Source of the DNA: Candidatus Heimdallarchaeota archaeon
Lineage (GTDB): Archaea > Asgardarchaeota > Heimdallarchaeia > Heimdallarchaeales > Kariarchaeaceae
Length of the DNA: 32,000 nt
NCBI GenBank assembly: GCA_030149205.1
Contig: JASBSB010000007.1
Location: 60,001 to 92,000 of the forward strand
Direction of reading: 5' to 3'
In this document: positions 10,701 through 19,027 of the stretch, piece by piece
Numbering within the stretch: the stretch's first letter is position 1
How the letters are laid out: each line of letters begins with the position of its first letter
Made by a program: the position numbers and the translations under genes
The notes under the pieces: model-generated
What the model was told of the DNA's origin: nothing
Database searches by the model: none
The model's input: only the letters and a program-made list of their open reading frames with translations

Positions 10701-13159
10701 TTAGCTTTAAAATATATTTCAGATGCTTTGGGTGCATTGTAGGTGGAACTCAAAATCTCTCGCTCAGTCTCTTCAATGAGTGGAAAATTGTCAGGTAAGA
10801 ATTTAAGAAGTCTCTGTGCTGATCTTGATTGCTGTTCTGAGCTTAATTCATGTCTTGTTGATTTCTTCAAAACCAGTAGACCTCGTACTGCAACATGTCT
10901 AAACCTCAATTTAAACAATTCAGAGTTTCTAATTGCATGTTTAAGTTCATCAATAAGGTCTTCCTCTGTTTCAAAGAGAGAAAATATGGTTTCTCCAGAA
11001 ATATTTATTCCTGGGGGGAGAATCACACTGAAACCATTATCTATTGCAGTAAAACCAACATTAACACTGAATCTTTTGGACAGACCAAATGCGATAGCTT
11101 GAGAAAGAGGGGTGTTAACAGCCCTACCAAAGAGTGATAAGACGATCCAGTGTGTCACATCATTCCTATCAACGTACTTTTCAACGATCAGTCTCTGGAG
11201 GGTAGGTATATCCGATATCTTATGCTGTCTCTCAAGAAATGATGACAAAGAGCTGGTTGTTGCTTTATTTATCTGATACTGATCAGCCAGCCAGCTCCGT
11301 AGTTCCTCCTTAGATCCATTCTTCAGAAATTCTATTGCATGTGAGAAGATGTAACCCACCTCATTTGCAACCAGATCTGTCCGGCTTATTGCCTCACCCA
11401 CCCAAGAAGGAATGGTGGGGGGAATTCCTACTGCTTTTCTGACTATGATCTTGTTTCCGACTGTTCTTAGAAACTTATAGGGAGACCCTCCAAGAATAAA
11501 TACATCATTCGGATTAAGTTTCTCTACAAACCTCTCTGAGAGCACCCCAAGATGTGTCCGTTGCTCCTCAAGCACCACTTCCACAGACGTAACATCTGGA
11601 ATTGTTCCAATGTTTAGCATAAAGGTGGTTCTCGCGTACCTTCTCTTCCCAAGTTGGTTTGTCTCCTTATCCAACCAGATTCTCCCATATTTCCATTGCT
11701 CTGATTCTTCTGTTGGATTGTCCAAGGCAGTGATGACTTTGTAGAATTCCTCAAATCTAAGACCTTTGTATGGAAAGGCTTTGGTGATAAGGTTGTAGAG
11801 CTCATCCACATCCCAGTTTTTTTCTATTGTTAATCCAACAATCACCTGAGCCAGAACATCAAATGGTGCCTCTGGGATATCTATAGGATCTATTTTCCCC
11901 TGTAGTGCCAATTTATTGATACAGACGGCTTCTATCAAATCCGAAATGTGAGTTATAACAAACCTGCCCTTAGAGGTGGCCTCTAATGAGTGACCTGCCC
12001 TTCCAAACCTTTGTAATGCCTTGGCAACGGATTTTGGTGATCCCCACTGGATTGCCAGACTAATTGTCCCGACATCTATCCCCAGCTCCAAACTTGTGGA
12101 GGTTACAACAGCTTTTAGTTCACCATTTTTTAGTTTGTCCTCTACATCCAACCTCACATCACGATGCAGTGACCCATGATGTACCCCAATCATTGACTTA
12201 TACTTTTCAGGGAGCATCTCTTGTATCTTTGTGGAAAGTCGCTCTGCCCAATTTCTTGTGTTAGCAAAAACAATTGTCGTTTTATGGGTCACAATTGACT
12301 GAGAAATGAATTTTATCAACTGATGCTCAAGCTGGTCAAATCTCTGAGTTATCAGGTCTGAATCTGGTGTTACAACCTTGAGATCAAAAGATCGATGAAT
12401 AACCCCCTTTATAACAGAAACCATGGATCTTGGACCTGCAAGAAACTCAGCTATCTTTTCAACTGGTTCGACTGTTGCAGAGATTCCTATCTGGCAGAAT
12501 TCGTTTTTGGAGTAATACCTCAACCATTCAATCATTAGTGAGAGGAACGTCCCCCGTTTGTTGTCTGCTAATGCATGAATCTCATCGATTATCAGCCATT
12601 TTATGTTAAATAAGTGATGCTTAAACTTCTTTGTTGCAAGAGCAACACCAAGTGATTCAGGGGTTGTTATTAGAATGTGTGGGGGTTCCCTCAACATCTT
12701 TTGTTTAGCATAGGTTGTTGTGTCTCCCGTTCTCACCGCAATTCGAAGCTTTTCAATTGAATTTTTATCCTTATCTCTGGAGTTTTGTCTGATCTTAACA
12801 CCAAATTTTTCTTCCAAGGTTTTGTAAATTTCACCCACTGGATAATTGAGGTTTTTTTCTATATCATTGTTTAGTGCCTTAAGGGGAGAGACATAAATAG
12901 CATAAATGCGATTTTCAAGCCTTAACTCTAAAGACAGTTCAATCAGTTCATTTAATATCCCCATAAATGCTGCAAAGGTCTTTCCTGAACCTGTTGGTGA
13001 GATGATTAAGGTGTCATTTTCCTGTTGAATCTGTTCTAGACTGTGAAGTTGCATCTCGTTAAGTGAGGACAGATTCTCTTTGATCCATGATTCAACGGGG
13101 GCAGAAAGTTGAATCTTGGGAACAGATTCTGTTTTGACATAAGAAACCTCAACAGTCAA
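7790..13159 (-). CDS. lhr: Lhr-family SF2 helicase with a long (~930 aa) C-terminal extension
   Basis: SPTGSGKT, YVSPLKALNNDI, RTGDT, ILITTPESL, IIDEIH, GISAT, HHGSL, TSLELGIDVG, QRFGRAGH, PFDVLAQ, NIGTIPD, PSWVGE. TTG start. Confidence 0.92.
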   Translation of the reverse strand: MTVEVSYVKTESVPKIQLSAPVESWIKENLSSLNEMQLHSLEQIQQENDTLIISPTGSGKTFAAFMGILNELIELSLELRLENRIYAIYVSPLKALNNDIEKNLNYPVGEIYKTLEEKFGVKIRQNSRDKDKNSIEKLRIAVRTGDTTTYAKQKMLREPPHILITTPESLGVALATKKFKHHLFNIKWLIIDEIHALADNKRGTFLSLMIEWLRYYSKNEFCQIGISATVEPVEKIAEFLAGPRSMVSVIKGVIHRSFDLKVVTPDSDLITQRFDQLEHQLIKFISQSIVTHKTTIVFANTRNWAERLSTKIQEMLPEKYKSMIGVHHGSLHRDVRLDVEDKLKNGELKAVVTSTSLELGIDVGTISLAIQWGSPKSVAKALQRFGRAGHSLEATSKGRFVITHISDLIEAVCINKLALQGKIDPIDIPEAPFDVLAQVIVGLTIEKNWDVDELYNLITKAFPYKGLRFEEFYKVITALDNPTEESEQWKYGRIWLDKETNQLGKRRYARTTFMLNIGTIPDVTSVEVVLEEQRTHLGVLSERFVEKLNPNDVFILGGSPYKFLRTVGNKIIVRKAVGIPPTIPSWVGEAISRTDLVANEVGYIFSHAIEFLKNGSKEELRSWLADQYQINKATTSSLSSFLERQHKISDIPTLQRLIVEKYVDRNDVTHWIVLSLFGRAVNTPLSQAIAFGLSKRFSVNVGFTAIDNGFSVILPPGINISGETIFSLFETEEDLIDELKHAIRNSELFKLRFRHVAVRGLLVLKKSTRHELSSEQQSRSAQRLLKFLPDNFPLIEETEREILSSTYNAPKASEIYFKAKSGDISVVDKSGNNTPSPLTHEIILASNSDVVLMQDRRELLLSLHKQVIKQLLPKRVTSGVFDKQLLRDYFSSKINDSKLTLYQRIERMILANGLTCTKKNFQIDLENFANILFSELPDEIKSKIYTNGDLIFVEPQLRLGYSLKSRELKKLRNLLDEPIEPALLKEIYTFNSKLSANQTIESLIIQILTFSGPITRDELFKRLQVESTLFSRSLNYLKRNFVIYSGAFISEENQLLLRSDRDNLVQKSERTSTIISDVDIYNYKIQKYFKSYDGDVNEYVLERSPIRDIFQLISRITNFNVEDLIAEIHNNEIYLVPFLQGKPWFVHEKDCVLGIYTFREFDLKLTDTEEFVLETIQRFPGANLKKLVSETRIERTKLKETLSLLESQLYIGKSGLNRLLHSLNEEFYYPLPQITDTDEETIKLNQKMFLEKIVQWFSPLTLDSLIQLSRLQYSVIESYLSELLSERRIFEISILDGSITYYINDLDEFNNYLKLETLPSLQLKIINESDQFFTTVSSLFHQKIHPAQKFLSIFYDGTIIGQIDLIPQSINHVQIINIQLKQDFLYDQPFITALAKELKRITYLAFQTNILSIEEINKQAPNLEKIQLLTQIFIRNGFQLFVDYLVTKHFRKEVINLQDIIELKLLGRYQGHQTLNDFVNASTSFITADILREFETTPATTIHTLNRFVEEEELYFLQDTYYNPFYWDWNFKPKEENLGIEEKRVLNLLREQGGLTKSSLVTQAKISDELLSEILRTLSKRRLIYSYIPDGKFRSYHSIRQHKITSELIKERILAFISMNSLVTMSEIVGIFYGSVPRPLILLQISKMLESKELSLLLLQEPIKEVFYLKNDLISLLENSSRAALLPEILFVDNLSPSFIELLKHTKVYFERMSHLVVYRGEIMLGLKISETNDVIELENLQSGTIQSAKQLNAVFEYIEQHYFKQGFRVLSINQINQFQPRFWEGVKT

Positions 13160-13398
13160 TATTTTAAATAAGGGAACATGCTAATAAATTTTTATTAATC
13201 TGTCTTATAGAACTAACTTAGTAAGAAAGTCGTTCCAAGTTGTTCACAAAAATTAGGTTGAAAGAAGATTGATTATGTGACAAATTAGATCAATAGGACT
13301 TCTTGTTTAAATTGAAAATTATGATCACAGAAGTTTTTGCAAAATTATATTACACCTCCAGATGTTGCAATTGTATAGTTTAGGCAGGAACACACAAC

Positions 13399-13460
13399 AT
13401 TTAACCAATCGGTTGAATGAAAGGTTTAAATACTGAGAATAGTTTACCAATTGGTTAAAT
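13399..13460 (+). promoter_or_regulatory. Two imperfect palindromic operators flanking a TATA box upstream of arsR
   Basis: ATTTAACC-AATC-GGTTGAAT at 13399-13418 and AGTTTACC-AATT-GGTTAAAT at 13441-13460. TTTAAATA at 13425-13432 lies about 27 nt before ATG 13459. Confidence 0.75.
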
Positions 13461-13794
13461 GAGTCAACAACTCGATCTTTTGTTCTATTCACTTTCAGAC
13501 CAGACCAGAAGGGATATTTTGAGAAGGTTAACCTTGAAAGAGCTGACTGTGAGTCAGATAGCTAAACCTTACAAAATCTCTTTGGCTGCTGTGTCAAAAC
13601 ATCTCAAGGTTCTTGAGAAAGCAAAGCTGATAGGAAGAAGGAGAGATGGCAAAAATCACATTATTCATGCAGAGCCAAAAACCCTGATTAAGATTGATTC
13701 TTGGATTGAATTTTATAAGCAGTACTGGAATGAGTCCTTTGATCAACTTAACACTTATTTAACGACTGTAGGAGATACAAAGAATGAAACATGA
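13459..13794 (+). CDS. ArsR/SmtB-family transcriptional regulator
   Basis: LSDQTRRDILRRL, VSQIAKPYKISLAAVSKHLKVLEKAKLI, W...YKQYWNESFDQL, as in the SRPBCC-associated subfamily. Confidence 0.93.
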   Translation: MSQQLDLLFYSLSDQTRRDILRRLTLKELTVSQIAKPYKISLAAVSKHLKVLEKAKLIGRRRDGKNHIIHAEPKTLIKIDSWIEFYKQYWNESFDQLNTYLTTVGDTKNET

Positions 13795-14263
13795 GTTAGA
13801 AAAACTAAACGGAACCACAGATGACCATCTTGTCATCGTACGCGAATTTTCAGCACCAAGGGAAAAGGTGTTTGAGGTATTAACCAACCCAGACCATGTG
13901 AAAAAATGGAGCTGTCCAACAAGCATGAAGATCACTTTTAGCGAGGGAGATGTAAAAGTTGGTGGAACATACAGGTTTGGAATGCAGTCTGCCTCTGGTA
14001 AAGGTCCTGAGATGGTGTTGACTGGGTCATACAAGGAGATCAACAGACCTGAAAGAGTTGTATACACTCAGTTTATGGAGATGCCTGATGGTAAGAAAAG
14101 TCCTGAGACAGAAATAGAAATTCTGCTAGAGGAGAATAAGGGAACGACACAGATGGTGTTTCATCACAGTAGATTCCCATCTGCTGGTGATAGAGATAAC
14201 GCAAGAATCGGCTGGACTGATGCATTTGGTAAGTTAACAGATCTTGTTCACTCTATGAAATAG
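13784..14263 (+). CDS. SRPBCC/AHSA1 (START-like) domain protein
   Basis: REFSAPREKVFEVLTNPDHVKKW, DVKVGGTYRFGM, GSYKEINRPERVVYT, GWTDAFGKL. It overlaps arsR by 11 nt and has SD GGAGAT. Confidence 0.92.
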   Translation: MKHELEKLNGTTDDHLVIVREFSAPREKVFEVLTNPDHVKKWSCPTSMKITFSEGDVKVGGTYRFGMQSASGKGPEMVLTGSYKEINRPERVVYTQFMEMPDGKKSPETEIEILLEENKGTTQMVFHHSRFPSAGDRDNARIGWTDAFGKLTDLVHSMK

Positions 14264-14402
14264 AACAAAAGCTGATGTGGCTTACAAGGATTCAGGAAGT
14301 CACAAACTCATCGCTGATTCATCAGAATTTGTTGTTATTTGTTAAATCGACAAGAGTTCATTAAATTAATTTTATGTAAATACTGAACTAATGATAACAA
14401 AC

Positions 14403-14419
14403 ATATCAATCATTGATAT
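14403..14419. promoter_or_regulatory. Perfect 8-bp-arm palindrome, putative operator upstream of the YHS gene
   Basis: ATATCAAT-C-ATTGATAT, about 70 nt upstream of ATG 14491. Confidence 0.45.
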
Positions 14420-14490
14420 ATGAATATTGGCTGATCCAAAGTTTTAATAATCAAATCGAATACCTCAAATCACTTAAAAGAGGTGATCAC

Positions 14491-14634
14491 ATGGTAAAAG
14501 ATCTAATTTGCAATATGGATGTAAATCCTAAAACAGCTTCATTCAGTTCTGAATACAAGGGGAACAATTACTACTTCTGTTCCAAACATTGTAAGATGAC
14601 TTTTGACAAGAATCCGACAGAGTACGTAAAATGA
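14491..14634 (+). CDS. YHS/TRASH small metal-binding protein (47 aa)
   Basis: DLICNMDV...EYKGNNYYFCSKHCKMTFDKNPTEY. Strong SD GAGGTGATC immediately upstream of ATG 14491. Confidence 0.88.
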   Translation: MVKDLICNMDVNPKTASFSSEYKGNNYYFCSKHCKMTFDKNPTEYVK

Positions 14635-14755
14635 AAGAAAGCTCAACAGGTTATAATTTAATAATATTAATGTAAAATTACAAATACAAAATTGAATAAC
14701 TAACAACCAATTCAAAATAGAATAAGCTTATTAACAAAGCTTCAGCATCTCTCTT

Positions 14756-15271
14756 ATGGAAAATAACGAACTAACCTACAGAGATGGATATTCTCCTCAG
14801 ATCGCAAGATTTGTGGCTATGTTTGATAATAACAGGGAAAGATTGCTCTACAAATTGAAAGATGTGACAGATGAGATTCTAGATTTCACGCCTGATGAAA
14901 AGACTGTAGAAACAATTGGAACTCTATTGTATCATATTGCTGCAGTAGAGCATGACTGGATATTTTATGACATAGACAAACAGGAGATTGATGAAGAACG
15001 ATGGAAATATGCATTTGCCACCAGATCCGATGATATAGACCAACTAAAGGGGAAAGGGTTACAGTTTTATCTGGACGCACTTCAAGAGGTCAGAGATAAA
15101 ATATTTAATCGATTCAAAAAATTTTCGGATAATGATTTGAAGAGGAGCATTGAATCAGAAGGAAAAACCTTTACAATAGAATGGATACTGTTTCACCTGT
15201 TGAACCACGAGGCAGTACATATTGGTCAAATTAGTCTGTTAAAGAGACTTTACAGATTGAGGGAAAAGTGA
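14756..15271 (+). CDS. DinB/YfiT-family protein, copy 1
   Basis: ETIGTLLYHIAAVE and WILFHLLNHEAVHIGQI, giving the three-His metal site. Confidence 0.9.
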   Translation: MENNELTYRDGYSPQIARFVAMFDNNRERLLYKLKDVTDEILDFTPDEKTVETIGTLLYHIAAVEHDWIFYDIDKQEIDEERWKYAFATRSDDIDQLKGKGLQFYLDALQEVRDKIFNRFKKFSDNDLKRSIESEGKTFTIEWILFHLLNHEAVHIGQISLLKRLYRLREK

Positions 15272-15291
15272 TAAGAAAAAGGTATATTTCA

Positions 15292-15807
15292 ATGGTACAC
15301 AAAGAGCTGACCTACAATATTGGTTATTCACCTAAAGTTTCATCTTATCTAGCAATGTTTGAAAACAACAGAGAGAGGTTATTCCATCAATTGAAGGATG
15401 TCACAGATCAAATGCTTGATTATACACCCAATGACAAGACTGTTGAGACTATTGGAACACTCCTTCTCCATATTGCAGCAACAGAGAAAGACTGGATATC
15501 TGTGGTAATTGACAATCAAGAACCAGACAATGGAATTTGGAAATATGCCATTGCAACACGATTTGACGACCTTAAGCAATTGAAGGAAAAGGGGTTGCAA
15601 TTTTATTTGGATAAGCTCAATGAAACCAGAGAAAAAACCGTAAATCGCTTCAGAAGATTTACAGATGAAGAGTTAAAGGAAGTAGTAACTTACACTAGTG
15701 ATACGTTTACCATTGAATGGATCCTGTTTCACCTAATCAATCATGAAGCGATGCATTTGGGACAAATAAGTCTCTTGAATAAGGTGCACAAATTAAAGAA
15801 AATTTAA
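15292..15807 (+). CDS. DinB/YfiT-family protein, copy 2
   Basis: ETIGTLLLHIAATE and WILFHLINHEAMHLGQI. It aligns end to end with copy 1 from ATG 15292. Confidence 0.9.
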   Translation: MVHKELTYNIGYSPKVSSYLAMFENNRERLFHQLKDVTDQMLDYTPNDKTVETIGTLLLHIAATEKDWISVVIDNQEPDNGIWKYAIATRFDDLKQLKEKGLQFYLDKLNETREKTVNRFRRFTDEELKEVVTYTSDTFTIEWILFHLINHEAMHLGQISLLNKVHKLKKI

Positions 15808-15862
15808 TACCTCTATGCTTTAGAGTGGATAGATTTTTAATTCTAAGAATGAAGTTTTTCTA

Positions 15863-16477
15863 ATGCCAGGCAAAGGTTCAGGAAAGACAATACCTAAACC
15901 CCCTATTGAACAGCTTAAAAAAGAGTTCAAGGAACAAAAAGAAGAAGATCTACTAAAGATGTTTAAACAGAGGTTTGAGAAGAACAATCAGAGACACAAG
16001 GGTCTGGAGTGGGACAAAATTCAATCAAGGCTTGAAAAACATCCAGAAAAGCTTCTTTCGCTTTACCTGATGGAGCAAACTGGCGGTGAACCAGATGTAG
16101 TGGGATATGAAAAAACTACCGATGAATACATATTCTACGACTGTTCACCTCAAAGTCCAAGTGGTAGAAGAAGCATCTGCTACGATCAAAAGGGATTGGC
16201 TGAGAGAGAGAAGAAGGGGGTATTTCCTGCTGGAAGTGCTGTTGGTTTAGCGGAGACAATGGGTATAGAACTCCTAACTGAGGAGGAGTATCGAAAGTTG
16301 CAGGAACTTGGTGAATTTGACACAAAATCTGAGAGTTGGTTAAAAACACCTGAAGAGGTAAGAAAACTTGGAGGAGGCATATTTGGAGACAGAAGATACA
16401 ACCGTGTTTTTGTCTTTCATAACAGCGCACCCTCATTTTATGCTGGACGCGGCTTTAGAGGAACACTTAAAGTATAA
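15863..16477 (+). CDS. DUF4256-family protein
   Basis: RFEKNNQRHKGLEW, MEQTGGEPDVV, SPSGRRSICYD, SWLKTP, GDRRYNRVFVFHNSAPSFYAGRGFRGTLKV. Confidence 0.85.
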   Translation: MPGKGSGKTIPKPPIEQLKKEFKEQKEEDLLKMFKQRFEKNNQRHKGLEWDKIQSRLEKHPEKLLSLYLMEQTGGEPDVVGYEKTTDEYIFYDCSPQSPSGRRSICYDQKGLAEREKKGVFPAGSAVGLAETMGIELLTEEEYRKLQELGEFDTKSESWLKTPEEVRKLGGGIFGDRRYNRVFVFHNSAPSFYAGRGFRGTLKV

Positions 16478-16568
16478 CACAGCTACTAAAAAAGATTGAT
16501 TTAAAGTTAAAACAGTGTAAGGTTACTACTTGATTTTGGTTATGTAATCTCTTAATCATTAATAAATC

Positions 16569-17486
16569 TCAGATATTAGATGGGTCTTTCATTTTAGTAG
16601 ATTTTATTCGAGTATCACTTACATAAATTTCTCTATTTTCCACCTTAACAATCTCAAATTCAAGTATGCCTTTCAATACTTCCAAGAAAGAATTTACCTC
16701 ATCTTTGACTTTAGTCTCAAATAAGGAAACTGCTTCCAATTTATTGGTTTCTTGAGGATACATCAATCCGACCACATATTGTCTTTGGATATTTGTTCCC
16801 AATTCGTTAAATTCTAACTCATTATAACTATATACGTCCGCTGAATGTGATAGGTCTGAAAGATGTCCCTTTTTGTTCTCAATACCTTTAATTTGAATTT
16901 TAGCAGGTTGATTTTCTTCTTTTTTGAATGAAAACTTAATATTTAGTTTAAAAGGGAATATTACATACGAATCAAAATATGATGCATAAAGTAATTCATT
17001 GTGATAAATAATAATTTGGCGTTTCCATGATATAACATATATAAACAAAGACAGATATATCAGACCTGAATAAGAGATTAAGATCAAAAAAATATTTTGA
17101 ACATTTTGGTTATAATAACCGAAGAAATCTAAGGAAAAAAATATTGGGAATAAAGTTGTGACTATTATGGCTAAAGTGATTGATACTCCATAATACAAAG
17201 TGGGAAAAGTATAAATAATATCCCACATTTTTTTGTTGCTTTTAATTAACAGGACACCAAACAGGTATGCGGTTGTAGATAATGAGATAATGAAAACATA
17301 ATCTGTAACTAGTAAATTAATTGGTTTAAGGTAGTTTAGAAATAAAACAAACATTACTCCAAAAAATACAAAAAGTATAGGGACTAGAACCAATAAAATT
17401 TTAGTTCTGATTAATATTGGTTTAATTATAGTTTTATTTTGATTGAAAATTATTTTGGTTTTTCTGTATAAGATCAAATTTTCCAT
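16569..17486 (-). CDS. Hypothetical membrane protein (about 4 N-terminal TM helices plus a soluble C-terminal domain)
   Basis: 305-aa ORF with hydrophobic stretches in the first ~155 aa. Very AT-rich. No family recognised. Confidence 0.6.
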   Translation of the reverse strand: MENLILYRKTKIIFNQNKTIIKPILIRTKILLVLVPILFVFFGVMFVLFLNYLKPINLLVTDYVFIISLSTTAYLFGVLLIKSNKKMWDIIYTFPTLYYGVSITLAIIVTTLFPIFFSLDFFGYYNQNVQNIFLILISYSGLIYLSLFIYVISWKRQIIIYHNELLYASYFDSYVIFPFKLNIKFSFKKEENQPAKIQIKGIENKKGHLSDLSHSADVYSYNELEFNELGTNIQRQYVVGLMYPQETNKLEAVSLFETKVKDEVNSFLEVLKGILEFEIVKVENREIYVSDTRIKSTKMKDPSNI

Positions 17487-17611
17487 TTATAAAATTATAA
17501 TTTATAACTTTTTTTTAGTTTTGTTATAAACAAATAATAATTTGGCTAAAGAACAAAGAATTATTGTTTTATTGCCCTAAGGCTTGTCCTAAAACTAGAT
17601 CACATTAGAAT

Positions 17612-17690
17612 CACTCCCTGAGCTCGGAGTGTTTGATTATCCCAGACAACACAGTCAAACCGATTTTCAGCCCGTTCTAAGATATAGAAC
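17612..17690 (-). terminator. Two short hairpins just downstream of the 330-aa gene (possible terminator)
   Basis: CACTCC-N8-GGAGTG at 17612-17631 and GTTCTA-N5-TAGAAC at 17674-17690. The gene stop is at 17695-17697. Confidence 0.3.
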
Positions 17691-17694
17691 CCCG

Positions 17695-18687
17695 TCACTT
17701 TTCTCTGCTTTTGAACAAAACAACAATCAAAATGATTACCCCAAAAACTGGCAATAGGATAATATCAAGCACAAAAACCACCTGAGTAAGTACGACAAGT
17801 ATTCCAAAAATAATACCCATAAGTATAAACAATATACCCATAAGACGAAGTCTCCTCTTCATCTCCTCCATAACAATTTCATCAACTTCCTCATCTATTG
17901 GCCACTCTACAAATTTAAAAATCAAGAAAAGAATCACAATCGCAATTATTAAAATTGATAAATAGGGGAGTAGAGTACTTGGTATCGCGTCCTTTCTAAT
18001 CTGTGTAAAGCCAAACAGATATAAGGCAATTAGATAGAAGACAAGGACTGTCATTCCAATCCTTCCAAGCACCAGATTTTCCTCTGAGATTCTGTTTCTA
18101 CCGATTCTGTAGATCAAAACTATAAGTACAAAACTTCCTCCAGCAGCCAGTAGCTGAGTTGCGATATTAAACCCACTACTGAGAGTTGAGAAGCTGCTCT
18201 GGGTTAAAACAAAGACAGCAGATACAACTTTGATCCACCGGGAAAGGTGTACAAATTCTTCCACGTAATTAGGAAGCACAGACCCATTTTGGTAGGTAAG
18301 AACTTTAAAGATTGAAATTGGTACAATAAATGCAAAGATAGGGTGCCAAAAGAACACGAGTGTCAAAAATTCAAACCAGCCCACACCCAAGATTGTACCG
18401 TTTGGTAGACCATTTCCTGGATATCCTGCCCAAAGTACCTTCGTAATTGGTGCCTCGTATAAGGCCAACAACATCCCCCAGAAGTACATGTGTGCCAATG
18501 AATCCCTTTGTGTACGATACGCCACATTGTAATAGAACAGAAGGTGAACAAGGTATAGTGGTAACGTGACGAGCAACCCCCATCCATCAAGAAACCAGAC
18601 AAGTGAAGAGCCAGCAAAAACCTCTGCTGTGAACATTGTTATGGTGCCTATAAGAAGAAAGGTCAAGAACCGAGATAGGAAGCTCAT
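17695..18687 (-). CDS. Hypothetical polytopic membrane protein (about 9-10 TM)
   Basis: 330-aa ORF with ATG start and repeated hydrophobic segments. Function not recognised. Confidence 0.75.
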   Translation of the reverse strand: MSFLSRFLTFLLIGTITMFTAEVFAGSSLVWFLDGWGLLVTLPLYLVHLLFYYNVAYRTQRDSLAHMYFWGMLLALYEAPITKVLWAGYPGNGLPNGTILGVGWFEFLTLVFFWHPIFAFIVPISIFKVLTYQNGSVLPNYVEEFVHLSRWIKVVSAVFVLTQSSFSTLSSGFNIATQLLAAGGSFVLIVLIYRIGRNRISEENLVLGRIGMTVLVFYLIALYLFGFTQIRKDAIPSTLLPYLSILIIAIVILFLIFKFVEWPIDEEVDEIVMEEMKRRLRLMGILFILMGIIFGILVVLTQVVFVLDIILLPVFGVIILIVVLFKSREK

Positions 18688-19027
18688 GATAAAGTTGGAA
18701 GATCACCATCATTGTTAAAGACAACCAAACCAATATAGACCAACGGAAATTACAACCGGTTAAACCCTCATTACAAAGAGAATCATGATCGCATAAAGTT
18801 TATTTTCAACCTCTACAATCTAATATACATAAGAAATAAGACAGTTATTGTTATGCGAATTTTCATCCTGCTTAATGTGAAATATTGACTTAACATTAAA
18901 TAATTTTTATGTATTTTTTTAAAGAAAATATTCAAAGGATTAACCAAAAATCGAAGGGTATAAATGAAAAAAATAAAATGTAGGTTAAGGGGATTTTATA
19001 ATTTCATATTTTACGTGGAATAGTATA

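Noticed and set aside
13160-13398. ncRNA or tRNA in the lhr-arsR and other intergenic spacers
   Set aside because: AT-rich, with no cloverleaf or stable GC-rich structure recognisable.
14721-14732. Palindrome AATAAGCTTATT upstream of the first dinB
   Set aside because: Single AT-rich copy overlapping the likely TATA region, so not distinguishable from chance.
1777-15291. Longer predicted starts at 1777, 4201, 14413 and 15268
   Set aside because: SD position, signal peptide or paralog alignment favour 1804, 4315, 14491 and 15292.
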